A stretch of DNA of 64,000 nt from the human T2T-CHM13v2.0 reference genome, Homo sapiens. Below are positions 1 to 12,810 of the stretch, piece after piece (the stretch's first letter is position 1; each line of letters begins with the position of its first letter). A program made the position numbers and the translations under genes. The stretch lies in NCBI RefSeq assembly GCF_009914755.1, contig NC_060926.1. One strand, given 5' to 3'. A model generated the notes under the pieces. It had not been told where the DNA came from, did not search any database, and saw only the letters and a list, made by a program, of their open reading frames with translations.

Positions 1-54
1 TCATTTTTCATTTCCCACCTATGAGTGAGAACCTGCAGTGTTTGGTTATTTGCC
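1..54 (-). mobile_element. L1PA 3'-region fragment, cut by the window edge
   Basis: TTCCCACCTATGAGTGAGAAC..GTGTTTGGTT matches the antisense L1PA ORF2-end/3'UTR motif. Confidence 0.7.
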
Positions 55-396
55 TTTTTTTAAATTGAGAAATCAATTATGAATATTTACAACACTAGGC
101 AGCCAATGACTCAGATAAACTGCATTTGAACTTGTCGTGGCCTGACAAATGCAGGCTTTAGACTTTATTGTTAGATATTAAGAATGGTTCACTTTTATGA
201 GTGAAAAATGTGAACCATCAGGAAACCAGAAATAGTCTAGGCTAGAACCTTAGCACCACCATGAAGACTTGAACATTATGTGAAGGGGAAAGTTTGGATC
301 TCAAAGTGGATTGAGCTAGAAGCCCATCAGGATCCAGGTTCAGCATCTGGGCTGTGAAGAAAAATTATCAGACTTAGAACATTAACTGAGAAAGCT

Positions 397-984
397 TGTG
401 TTAGCTTTTTATTTTTGCATAACAAATTACCACACACTTAACTTTAAAACAATGAGCGTTTATTAGTTCACAGTGCCGCAGGTTAGAATTTTATCACTGC
501 ATAGCTGGGTTCTCTCTTCAGCGTATCATGAGGCTGGAATGAGAATATCATATGACCTACACTCTCCTTTGGAGACTCTAGGGAAGAGACCGCTTCCAAG
601 CTCTTTCAGATTGTTGACAAAATCTAGTTTCTTGTGGTTGTAGGACTGAGGTTGCCAGTTCCTTACTGACTCTCAGCTTCTAGAGACTGCCTGCATTCTA
701 TGCCATGTGCCTCCAGCGCATTTCCCTCTCGTTGACTCTCTCATTCTTCTACTCGCTTTGATTGACTTATCTGTGATTGCCAGATTCAGACTTGAAGGGC
801 TCATGTGATTAGTCCAGCTCCACCCAGATAGTCTCTCATTTTTAAGGTCAACTGACTTGGACTTTTAATATCATTTGCAAATCCCTTTCCAGCGACACCT
901 AGATAAGTTTAATTGAATAGTTGGGAGTAGGCAGTACATCAGGGGCCAGGGACTCTGGAGCCATCTTTGAATTCTGCCTATCAC
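397..984 (-). mobile_element. MLT1-family (ERVL-MaLR) solo LTR
   Basis: Begins TGTGTTAG..CATAACAAATTACCAC and ends TTTGAATTCTGCCTATCAC, the reverse complement of the MLT1 start. Confidence 0.8.
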
Positions 985-1360
985 TGAGCTACAAGTTCAA
1001 ACTCAACTGGGCAGCAAGCTGTCGAGCTGGCAGACACCCAGATCAAGGAAGCATTGCTGCAGAGTGGACATCCGATGGACAGTGGAATCTTCAATATTTC
1101 AACAGCTACACAGTGTCCCATTAGAAATGATGGTGGCGATTACCACCAGAATTGGATTTTCTCTCAACTTGATGTCCCTAGAAGGTCTGAATATTTTTGG
1201 ACGGAGTATGACACCAACATGTGGGAGCAATTTCAGGTTGGTAAAGCCTCAAGAAGGGATAGAGAGTTTCCTGACAAAAGGACACATAGAAAATTGAGAA
1301 TGATGTGACTTTGTATTACAAATACACAGAGGAATTCATAACATATAAACATTGTTTTAT

Positions 1361-1680
1361 GGCCCAGTATGATGGCTCACACCTGTAATCCCAGCCCTTT
1401 GGGAAGCTGAGGTGAGCAGATTGCTTGGGCTCAGGAGTTCGAGACGAGCCTGGGCAATGTGGTGAAACTCCATCTCTATAATAAATACAAAATTAATTAG
1501 CTGGGTATCATGGTGAGCACCTGTAGTCCCAGCTACTTAGTAGGCTGAGATGGAGGATCACTTGAGCCTGGGGAGGTCGAGGCTCCAGTGAGCTGGGATC
1601 ACACCACTGCATTCCAGCCTGGGTAACAGAGAAAGACCCTGTCTCAAAAACAAGCAAGCAAGCGAACAACAACAACAAAA
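1361..1680 (+). mobile_element. AluJ SINE
   Basis: Full dimeric Alu with J-type features (GGATCACTTGAGCC, GACCCTGTCTC); TSD ACATTGTTTTAT at 1349-1360 and 1686-1697. Confidence 0.95.
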
Positions 1681-1769
1681 TACCCACATTGTTTTATTAA
1701 CTTGCTATAAGCTCTTGCCCCACATCAACCCTTGATATTTGCCATATAATATGGGAGACATATGATTAA

Positions 1770-1972
1770 CAGCAGAGTGGGGTTCAGCATCCCTGCGTCA
1801 CGTCTTACTCACTGCATGATGTGGGCAAATTAATCCTAAACCTTAGTTTTCTTTTCTATAAATTGGGAAATAAACTAGTACCAGCACATAAATTATGAAT
1901 AGTAAATAAAATACAACATGTAAAAGGCTTACAGCAGACTTTAGTTAAGTACTTGATAAATAGTCACTATGT
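1770..1972 (+). mobile_element. MIR SINE
   Basis: Degenerate MIR core GGGCAAATTAATCCTAAACCTTAGTTTTCTTTTCTATAAATTGGG with MIR-like 3' end. Confidence 0.7.
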
Positions 1973-2410
1973 TGAGATTAAGTTGTCTGGTTCCTAAAGT
2001 TACCAAGCCATTGCTATGGTTTGTATACGGTTTGTTTGGCCCCACTGAGTCTCAGGTTGAAACTGGATTCCCAGTGTTGGAGGTGGGGCCTGGTGAGAGG
2101 TGTTTGGGTCATGGGATGGATCCTTCATGAATGGCTTGGAGTTCTCTTCAAGGTAATCAGTGAGTTCTTGCTCTCTTAGTTCCCATGAGAGTTCCCAAAG
2201 AACTGATTGTTAAAAAGAGCTTGGCATCTGCCCCATCTCTCTTTCTTCTCTCTTGCCATGTGATCTCCACGTACTGGCTCCCCTTTGCCTTCCACCATGA
2301 GCAGAAGGAGACTGAAGCCTTCTCCAGAAGCAGATGCTGGTAACCATGCTTCTTGTATGGCCTGCAAAACCATAAGTCAAACCTCTTTTCTTTATAAATT
2401 ATACAGCCTA

Positions 2411-2755
<345 letters not shown>

Positions 2756-3825
2756 TCAGTTATTCCTTTATAGCAACACAAAATGGACTAAGGTAGCCAT
2801 GTAGGTCTTTGATCATTTTTAAACTGATTTTTTTTTTCATAGAATAGGATCTACGTTGAGTCATTCATTTACTGTCCATTTGTTCATTCAGTTATCTAAG
2901 TCATATTTATCAAGCTGCAGACAAAGCAACTGAGATGCCAATTTAAATGAGAAACAAATCCCTGGAGCTTGTGGTGCTTACAGCCTAGAGATTCTAAAGG
3001 GGATCATTCGCACTCTCACTCCACTTCATTCTCACTGAGATTCCAAGAAAAACTTAAAGGGAACATAATGGCAGTTTTAAAATAGAGCAATAAAGCAATT
3101 TTCTCACATTCCCTCAAACACTGTAAACTCTTGCAATTTAGAGACATAATTTTACACATTTTTGATTCTACCTAAAGTTAGCATGGTGGGAGCACATAGT
3201 ACATTGATTTAAACTAAAAATACTAGAAACAGGTATTGTCTTTAGGAGAATGAGCAATAATATTTGTGAGGACCAGTGTCTAACGATTAGGCATCATCTT
3301 AAACAAGAAACATATTGATTTATTACATGAAAGTTACAGGCCTAACACAAAAGTCAAAATGAAGCAACATTTACTGCAATCTATGCTTTTAAGTAATGCC
3401 TCTCAACAAGGTCCCAGGTGTTTTAGAAGCTGCGCTATTTTAGCACAAAATAATATACTGCTGACTTTTCCTCATTGCTTTTGAAACAATATGGATCTAC
3501 TTTTGTCTCATTTACAGAACAAATAAAAAAGCCCTAGATTCAGTGAGTCAGTAAATAAGACCCATTTTTAAGAGAAAGCTGAGATCCTCAGAAAATAATT
3601 GGAGAGAATGACAGGGGTTTATATACAAAGGCATAACTCATGACATCATTAGTATTTGTAGAAAATTACAACTTAACTACATCACTAGCAAAAAAGAAGT
3701 GGTTAAGTAAATTACCAAATAGTCACAAAAGTGCCATATTAGGCAACATTTACGAATGTTCATGAAGAAATTTTATTGGCATAAGGAGAGGCTTAGGGCA
3801 ACGTTAAATGAAAATAAAAGCAGAC

Positions 3826-4047
3826 TTTGGTCCTATAGCATTGCAGGATGACTATAGTTAACAATAATGTATTATATAATTTCAAATAGCTAGAAAGAAG
3901 ATATTGAATATTCCCAACACAAATAAATGATAAATATTTGAGGTGGTGAGTATGCTACTTACCCTGATCTGGTCACTATATGTTATATGTATGACATCAC
4001 TATGTATACCATAAATATGTACAATGTCATTTAAAAAATTTAAAAAG
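3826..4047 (+). mobile_element. L1MA 3' end fragment
   Basis: GATGACTATAGTTAACAATAATGTATT..TTCCCAACACAAATAAATGATAAATATTTGAGGTG, typical of the L1MA 3'UTR, followed by an A-rich tail. Confidence 0.85.
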
Positions 4048-4250
4048 AGTTGAAAATACACATAATATTTGCAATTATCATAATCATATTTAATTTTTTT
4101 CCTATATAAAGGGGCTACTGGTTATTCCATTTCAGCCGAACATCACTTTAGAAAAACAGTTGGTGCAGTGGTTGAGTGCAAATTGAAGGATGTAGTAAAG
4201 GTCTCCATAACCATCTGGCTGAGAACAGAAATGATTTAGTTACGGATTTT

Positions 4251-4785
4251 TGTTGTATGTTACTGATTGGCACTCAGCATCCAACCCCATCTCTTTCAGT
4301 TGCGTTCTATAGAAGTAGGAAACCTAAAACTCATGTATCTGATTCTCTCTGGAAACTATGGCACTAGATGTTAGATTCTACAAGTTAGATATACAATTAT
4401 GCTGTCCGGTAGAAAGGCAAAGGTTTTTTTGGGGGGGGGGGTAGGGGACGTACTGTTTATAAAAACTGGAAATAAACAAGATTTTATTGTAGCACCTTAC
4501 TAGTGAGCATCCTGTACATTTTGTGAGTGTTGAAGGCAGGGGAAGTTTCTTGAACCGGGCATTCCACCTCAGTCTAAAACCAAGTGATGGCTTGAAGCAA
4601 AGGAAAAAGCCCCTCAAGTAGGTCAGTTTTATAAAGTTCTGGGAGTAATTCCTGGAGGCCCAGCCTGTGGAGTGTTCCTCCTGTACCCCAGTGAGGCTGT
4701 AGGCACTTGCTGCTCGGTGTTAACCCCCTTCCTGCTGAAAATATCACGTGGTTTCTCTTTTCTATCCTAAACCAAATGAAGACAA
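4251..4785 (+). mobile_element. Old ERVL-type LTR (LTR33-like)
   Basis: TG start, CAGCATCCAACCCC motif, 3' TTCCTGCTGAAA..GTGGTTTCT ending; highly diverged. Confidence 0.5.
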
Positions 4786-5299
4786 ACAGATATAACGTGA
4801 ATTCTGCTATTACAGGGAATATTGTACACCTTTCTGTAATGTCATTGATTATGTTTTTGTCATGCATGTGTTTTGAGCTCCTTTTCCATAAAAAAGTGCT
4901 CATGGTAAGCATATACAAGAATACACATTAGTGGATACGAGGAGTGAGTAGAAAGCATGCTTGAGGGTGGTTATAAGTGTGTCTGCTACAGACTCTAAAA
5001 ACCATTTCAAATATTTTCTTAAGTCAGCACTAACTATACATACCAAGATAATACATTGAATAATTATCTTCTGGTTACCAAATTTTTCATTCAAAAATTA
5101 ATAAAGGAGAAATAGGTATATATTCTGGAACATTATTACCTTAACCAGATACTGTCTCTTTCTCTTTTCCCAAAACTATGTATTGTTCTCTAGTTACCCT
5201 GGCCAAGATGAGAAAAACTCCAACCTCTTGGTGGTTGCAGAGGCCCTCCATGCCTAAATATTAATAGTTGGAAATACAGTCTTTGTTTTTACTCAAGCC

Positions 5300-5423
5300 A
5301 GCAAGCATTTATCAAGTATATCTACTGGGGATAAAATAGATGCTGGAGATCTAATGATGATTCAGATATGACCCTAATTCTTTAAAAAAAACTTTCACTA
5401 TCTTGTGAAAGACACATACCATG
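5300..5423 (-). mobile_element. L2 fragment (continues at about 6350-6780 after the MER63)
   Basis: CAAGCATTTATCAAG..GATGCTGGAGAT antisense L2 3' signature. Confidence 0.55.
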
Positions 5424-6349
5424 TAGTAGTGTACTGGTAAATGTTTATCAACCAGTTTTCTAAGAAAAAAATGTATGTGCATATATATGTGCATATGTTT
5501 ATTATAAATATTATTATAAATAATTGCAGCACAATTTACAAACACAAATAAAAATAGAATTCTCCTTATTGTAAGTTTTATATAATGAATTGCTCCTCAA
5601 AGTATGCTTTCATCAATTTTACTGAAATCTTATATCTGTAGCCAACTGATGGTTGCAATTGAGGAATGAGTGTAGTCTAAAAATGAATGATAGTTTATGT
5701 TTTTGTGTATGTTAACACTATGCTAACAAGTAAGATGAAAGGGAAGCAATTAATATGAATCAGATCTTCACTCATTCATCAATGACATGAGCAATTGCTT
5801 TTCTTAATTGGGTAATAATTTCTAAATACTGCAAAGCATTTTCTGGATTTTTTGTGTTATTCACAATGTAACAGCTAAAGGCACAATACATGTTAAGTTT
5901 AATGTGAAGTGTTAACATTTTCTCAATCACTTTCTTAAGTCTATACTAACAATATAACAGTAATCAAGTTCTGCTTTGTAATGTTTGTCAGTTTCAATGG
6001 TATAAATACTCCCATCATGAACAATTGCAAGCTGCTAATGGAATGATACTGAATAAGGAGTTGGAAAGAGAGGCATAGTACAGTACCTCATTATTTTAGT
6101 ATTCCCACCACACAAATAAAATAGAAACAAGTAACTTCAAAGGCATATATAATAGTAAAATGTAATAAGCTAATTAGGGAGTAAGGAGTTTTGAGCATTT
6201 ATTAAATTTATCTTTAATACAATTTAACTGTAATTTCATAGAGTTTACTTTTAAATAATGGCTGTATTTAACAATTAGCTTTTGAAATTCACTAAAATGT
6301 AAGGAGTGGCTCTTGTGAGCCTATAAGGGCCATCTCTAGCACAACACTG
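5424..6349. mobile_element. MER63-family hAT-Blackjack DNA transposon, about 925 bp with both ends
   Basis: Left end TAGTAGTGTACTGGTAAATGTTTATCAACC and right end GGCTCTTGTGAGCC..CTAGCACAACACTG resemble the CAGTGGTGTGCTGG terminal inverted repeats. Confidence 0.75.
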
Positions 6350-6780
6350 GATATGTGATTGGTGATAAAGGTGGAATGAAGCATGAGGAAAAAATAGTCG
6401 TCTGTATTTGGGGAAAATCAGGAAATAAATCCTGAATAGGAGCCAGCCAGGCAACACTGGGAGGTGTAGTGAGGGGACATCCCATGCAGAGCAGGGAGAA
6501 GGGTTAGTGGCAGAAGGTATCACAGCCCACTTAAAACCTTCCCTCATCTCTTAGCATTCGAATGGGGTAAGGTCTGCAGAAGCCAGATTGACAATGAACC
6601 TTCTAGGTCAAACTGAGGTGTGAGACTTTCATCTTGTTTGAGACTGACAGCCTTTCAGAAGTTTTAAAAGCAAGATAATGCATTTGCATTTTGAAGCAAT
6701 GACTCTAGCAGTAGTATGGAGCACAGACAGTAGTAAAGCAAAGTCATGGGTGGGAAGGCCAGACTGGTCCATCAACGCTG
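6350..6780 (-). mobile_element. L2 fragment
   Basis: Purine-rich antisense L2 motifs (GGAGCCAGCCAGGCAA, GCATTTTGAAGCAATGACTCT). Confidence 0.55.
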
Positions 6781-6947
6781 ATGTTGGTCCTCTTATTTGT
6801 CTTTGGTCAGCATCTTTGTGCTTTCTCTTTACTGTCTTTTTCTAATTTGATCCTCCCATTAGCAAAGGTCAAATCCCAAATAAGTGAGAGTTTTTCCACC
6901 CAGCCATCCAGATTTAGAAGGCTCAGAATGTACCCAACCTCTTCCTA

Positions 6948-7239
6948 TTTTTTTTTTTTTTTTTTGAGATGGAGTCTTGCTCTGTCACCCAGGCTGGAGA
7001 GCAGTGGTGCAATCTTGGCTCACTGCAACCTCTGCCTTCCTGGTTCAAGTGATTCTCCTGCCTTAGCCTCCTGAGTACCTGGGATTACAGGTGTGTGCCA
7101 ACACGTCTGGCTAATTTTTGTATTTTTAGTAGAGACAGGGTTTCACCATGTTGGTCAGGCTGGTCTCGAACTCCTGACCTCATGATCTGCCCACCTTGGC
7201 CTCCCAAAGTGCTACAGGGGTGAGCCACTGCACCTGGCC
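6948..7239 (-). mobile_element. AluS SINE
   Basis: Poly(T) followed by antisense Alu; flanking direct repeat CAACCTCTTCCTATT at 6935-6949 and 7239-7253. Confidence 0.97.
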
Positions 7240-8979
7240 AACCTCTTCCTATTCTATGTTGACTTTATACAGCTACATCCAAAGTGAAGTTGTTAACCAA
7301 AACATCATTACAGTTACAAATTTAGGAAGAAAAATCAAATAATATTTGATGTTATTAGGAAAAGTGATACTAGAGACTTGAAACATACTACCCTCAATGA
7401 CAATAGTGATGCATGCAGACAGTGTTGAGAAACTTAGAGAGTCGATGGAAAATTTAGTTTATTTTAATTTAGGCTGTATGTAGCTCAAACATATGCTGAG
7501 CTTTTATAATTAAATGGAGTTTCTTTCGAAAGTGTGACAGCTCTTTGCTTTCTTTCTACAAGATTGAAATTAGAGTTGGAGGACTTGTGACTTCTGAGGA
7601 CAGAGAAGAATGTAAGCAGCAGAAAGTTTCTGGGAAACTTTCTAGATTATGATTTGAGGCGATTATTTCACTGCCTATACCCCAGACACCTGCTACTTCC
7701 TGTTTGATGGTAAACTTTTCCCTTCAGTTTTTATAAAGAGATATGGCATCTGGGACAATTGCTTGGTCACATGAATTTATTTGAGGGAGGTCAGCATTTC
7801 TAGACAACTTTGATATTTAGGTGATGGAATGAAAGTCAAAAAAACCAGCATTGAGATTTTAATTTGAAAATACTGAGTTAAGTCTTTAGTGTTAATAGAG
7901 CTATGTTTCCCAGTTTTGGGATTTCATGAGGAATATGCTTGTAGAGCTGAGGAATGATGCAGGCATTATGAACAGAATTGAAACAAACCATATAAAAAAA
8001 GCTCTCATCAAAAGAAAGGAAAATAGCAACAAAACAAAATAAATAACTCTTCCCCCTGAAAAAAAAACCCTCAAAACGCTTGAAAACATGTTCATGCTGA
8101 AAAATAATCAAATACATTGAAATTAAAACAACAATGAGATATTCTTATATATATTCTAATGAGTATATCAAATTGAAGGTTCACAAAAATATATACTCTC
8201 ATCTACTACTTTTATGGTGAACACTTTTACCATATACCTTAAATGTTTATGTGTCTTGAAGGTACACCAGTCTCTAGAATTCATGTTCATAACTGGTATA
8301 TAATACTGCCTCTTTCTGTAAACCGCTATGTGTTGTTGGTCTTTTTGTGATTGGTTTATTTAGAATTTCATTTGTGTTCTACAACCTATATTAGATCTTA
8401 ATCTCTTCCAGATAATACAAAACAAAACAAAAAAATGCTTTTTCTCTCATGTTTCTTTTAGTAATGAGACTTTTATCAACAGTTAAACATTTATTCACCC
8501 CAACTTCATTCCCCAAACCACTGGAGGCAGCCTACCGCAAAATCAAATAAGTTTAAAAGGACAGTAAAAGGACGAAAGTTTAGGAACAAGAAAAAAATGA
8601 ATCATAAGAAGAAGGCTGCAGCATGAGAAGAAAATTAGAACGGTAATATAGAAACTGTAAGGAACTCTACCAATGGAACAGCAGAGCCACGCAATTAATA
8701 GACTGGGCTTGGAAGTCAAAGGGAAGGAGCCTTGACCAGCTCCACTGCTTTTATTCACTGAGTGCTAAGAGCAGCTTTGCATAGGATGCTCCACGAAGAG
8801 CTGTGAAATAAGATGTAGACCTGAGGACTGCCATAGGGTCCCTTGAGGTAAATGCACTAACGCGTGTCTCTGAAGCTGATTTCCTCACTTTAGAACTTCT
8901 AAATCCCCGCAAATCTCCCTCCAAATTTCATTCTGTCTCTACTTTCTAATATTCATCGCAGTCGGTCTTTTAAAAATAT

Positions 8980-9063
8980 TTTTTAAATTTTATTTTATTT
9001 TTAATTGACAAATAATAATTGTATCTATTTATGGGGATACAATGTGATGTTGTGATAGATGTA
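8980..9063 (-). mobile_element. Short L1MA 3'-terminal fragment
   Basis: T-rich tail then TTAATTGACAAATAATAATTGTAT..ATTTATGGGG..ACAATGTGATGTT. Confidence 0.7.
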
Positions 9064-9375
9064 GGGTTCACATCCATTGTCTTTTGCTGTAGCCTAGCAA
9101 ACGGGTCTAGCTTTCCAGCACCAGAGCCAGAGGAAGCCTTGCTTTGTGTGGGGGATTGGCGGGGAGAAGTGAAGAAAGCAATGGGGATGCATTTGGTCTC
9201 CTCTCCAAGCTCCCTTCCTTCCTTACTTTATAGCATGCCCACTTGCAACAAGAATCAGCCTAGGACACCCAAAGTGCCTTTGCCTCACTGCTGTTTGCTG
9301 CGGTTGTGATCTTTCTCACTGGAGTTGTGAAAAAGCAGAAAGTGAGTCCTCAATGTGTCAGGCCTGCTGAGCTAC

Positions 9376-10030
9376 TGTGATGGTTAATACTGAGTGTCAA
9401 CTTGATTGGATTGAAGGATACAAAGTATTGATCCTGGGTGTGTCTATGAGGGCGTTGTCAAAGGAGATTAACATTTGAGTCAGTGGGCTGGGAAAGGCAG
9501 ACCCACCCTTAACTGGGTGGGCACCATCTAATCAGCTGCCAAGGAATATAAAGCAGGCAGAAAAATGTGAAAAGGGGAGACTGTTCTAGCCTCCCAGCAT
9601 ACATCTTTCTCCTGTGCTAGAGAATTCCTGCCCTAGAACATCAGACTCCAAGTTTTTCAGTTTTGAGACTCGGACTGGCTCTCCTTGCTCCTTAAGCTTG
9701 CAGACAGCCTATTGTGGGATCTTGTGATCATGTAAGTTAATACTTAATAAACTCCCTTTTACATATATATATATATGTGTATATATAAACTCCCTTTTAC
9801 ATATATGTGAATACATATATGTAAAAGGGAGCTTATATGTGAACACATACATATGTAAAAGGGAGTTTATTATATATTATATATACATATATATTATATA
9901 TACACACACATATATGTGTAAAAGGAAGTATATATTATATATACATATATTATGTATACATATATACATATATATCTCATATATATACATATATATCTCA
10001 TATATATTTATATGCACATATATATATCCT
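9376..10030 (+). mobile_element. MLT2A (MLT2A1-like, ERVL) solo LTR with an expanded TA tract and a missing 3' terminus
   Basis: Canonical start TGTGATGGTTAATACTGAGTGTCAACTTGATTGGATTGAAGG; AATAAACTCCC poly(A) signal; similarity ends at TATATCCT. Confidence 0.92.
9761..10027. repeat. Complex (TA/TG/CA)n low-complexity tract with embedded inverted copies of LTR sequence
   Basis: Read directly. Confidence 0.9.
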
Positions 10031-11999
10031 CTTGGGGAGAGGTCAAAAGAAGCAGGGGATACAAATCTGACTGCAAAAAGATTGAAGGACAGTCTTTATT
10101 GAAAGCCTTTGGTGGGGATACAGAGGAGTGAATTATATTGAGAGATAACTCAGCTGAATTTTCTATAAATTCATTGTTGCTATCTTCCATTTTCCTAACC
10201 ACCTGCTGACTTAACCTGGGTTCTTTCTCCATTTGCTCTCTGACTCTGCTTACCTTTCCTGACTCTGTGGTGCTTCTCGGTCTTTCTCTCATGTTCCTTC
10301 CATTAGTCTGTCTGACTGTCTCTCTCTGTCTCCCCCAGCCCCCACTGGATCTTCCTGCATGTTCTCTCCTTCCAGATTATTCTCTCTTGGTGTTTGTTCT
10401 ATGCTTTCTTGTAAAAAAACATGTTGGCCTCTCTGGGCTTTTGTAATTAATACATCTGGTCATAGGGGAAAAGAATGCTTCTAAATGTTACTTGTTTTTC
10501 CCTGACATGTATCAAATTTTAGTTTTCACTCTACCTAAAGTCCCGTCTCCAGTTTGAATTCACCACTCTTGCTGGTGGTTAGATAAGCAAGCAACAGACA
10601 ACGTACACACAGACCACATATTGAGAAACAAGGGAGCCTATTTGAAATTGCAGAAATTAAAACAACAACAAAAAAAAGATGCATAAGGAGCTTTCTGAGG
10701 AGTACATCGCCTACCCACCACCCCACTTCAACTGGAAATCTGTTTCCAGTCAGCAGAAAACTGACCAAAGACCCATCATCAATTATACTTTGTGAGGATG
10801 GTTGTCTCTGAAATATGCAGAGTGGCCCAGAAATTGTAGAAAAGAAGGGTTTGGAAGGTCCATGCCTATAAAGCCAACAAGACACTTTCTGCACCTCAAG
10901 AAAAGTAGTCTCGCTGTTATTGTATTCTGTCTGATCAATTTTCCTTATTTTAATGACACATAGTTTTCATGTTTTGTAATATTTTTGTCATCACACATGG
11001 TAAAAAGCCAACCCATATAGTCTGAGGTGGAGGATGGGAAAGCATAAGACATTCATACAGTGACCCTTCAAACAGTCACAGATGACATGGTTCCTGGACA
11101 GTGGGGCATATCTCCCAGATGAATTTCAATGAAAGCAATTCTATAGAGAGCAGAGACCATTGTGGCCTAAACAAAGAGCTTTTCAGTGACCCAGGAAGAG
11201 CCAAGTATACTACTTCAGGCACCTGGAGCAATGGATGACCTGAATGTCCTCAACACAATCCTGGATCATTATCTTTACTTTCAACCAGATTTTGATAAGA
11301 GGAGATGTAGTCAGTGATTTGTAATCCCACAGTGGTTTGCCAATGGTTGCTATTAGCAGGAAATCAATTCAGAGATGTCATTTGAGGATGAAGCTCCTCG
11401 GTATTTTGATGCCTTTTTAGGAAGCTAAGAGGAGCTCCACTACCAGCTCTTCAGAAAAAATCTCCTGAGTTGCCTAATTTCACCTGAATTTTTGGAGCAC
11501 ACATTTAAAAATTACTTGTGAATCAAATTCAATTTGAAAATATGCAACTTTTTTTAGCTCTTGCTTTCTCCCTGAGCTATTTCTTGAAAATTGTGGAGGA
11601 ATTGCTTCTGCTCATTGGGCCCATTTACATGAATTATTTATTTTTATATGTATTACATATTTGTCTCTCCTCCCTCCTACAAGCTGTTCCATAGCAAGAC
11701 CTCTCGTCCCTATATATATTCATGGTGACATTACAGCCATCTTCACCCTCTGATGTCTAAAGGAAATGGAAATTCTGAGGGTCTTCGAAAAGCAAAAAGC
11801 CAGGTTTCCTTTATTCTAGATTTCTAGAGGATTTCATAGCCACTAAATCTGTAATAACCAGAAGTAACATACATGCATGTACCTGGGAAGTTCAGTGATA
11901 AGATAAATGCATAGATGTCTTTACCCATGAGTATATAATGCATCATTTTAACTATATTTTTCCATTTTTCGGTGTTCACTTTGTAGTCATACAAATACT

Positions 12000-12232
12000 A
12001 GCCATTGCTCATTGAGTACTGTATGTCAGGAACTATGCTATGCATTTGTGTAAATCATCACATCTCTTTCCAGTTATCCTGCATAGTATTGTTACTCCAT
12101 TTTTTTTTCCTAATGATAAAACTGAGGCAGAGAGAAGTAAAGTAACTTTCCCAAAGTTACAAAATCAGTAAGTCATGATTTGGTACAAATATGCCAAACT
12201 ACCAATCTGGGCCTTTTAACTCCACTCTGCTG
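12000..12232 (-). mobile_element. MIR SINE
   Basis: ATGATAAAACTGAGGCAGAGAGAAGTAAAGTAACTTTCCCAAAGTTACA antisense MIR core. Confidence 0.85.
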
Positions 12233-12274
12233 TTGTTACATTATCCTTCTCTTGCACATTTAAGCCATATTATT

Positions 12275-12810
12275 TCAATGAAATTCTGCAAATACTTATT
12301 GAGCACTTGTTATATGTAGCCATTGTCCTAGTTACTGGGGTCACAGAATGAAAAAGTGGAGCCAAATTATAAGGAGGTTAGATTCTAGTAGACAAGTCAG
12401 AAAGATGAACAGATGAATGTCCTACAGGGCAGTACAGGTATAATAAGTGTTTACCACTTAACTAAAGGTGGCTCAGATCAGAGAAAGACTTAGTACATTA
12501 TGGTGCTTCAGGATGCTCACTGGTGGCCAGGCAGAAAAGAGTAAAGACAATGGCATTCCAGCAAAAGAGAGAGGCATGGGCAGTGTCACCTACTGGTGAA
12601 ATAATGCAGACAAAAAACCAAGAAGAGTAATTTGGTACTGTTGGGCCATAACAGATACATAGGGGAATGGTGGGAATAAGGATAGAAAGTGACTGGGGAC
12701 AGACAATAAACATAATTCAGTCTTACAAGTTTGGATTTTTCCATGTAAGTTACAAAGACCCATTCAAGGAATTTTAAGCAGAGAAATAATCAGAACAAGT
12801 CATGCTCAGA
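12275..12810 (-). mobile_element. L2 fragment
   Basis: CAAATACTTATTGAGCACTTGTTATATG..CATTGTCCTAG antisense L2 3' end. Confidence 0.75.

Noticed and set aside
1054-1308. 84-aa ORF with protein-like composition
   Set aside because: Non-ATG start, short, no recognisable homology and no convincing splice context.
4431-4447. G11 run followed by TAGGGG as a possible G-quadruplex
   Set aside because: A single homopolymer inside an old LTR, with no evidence of function.
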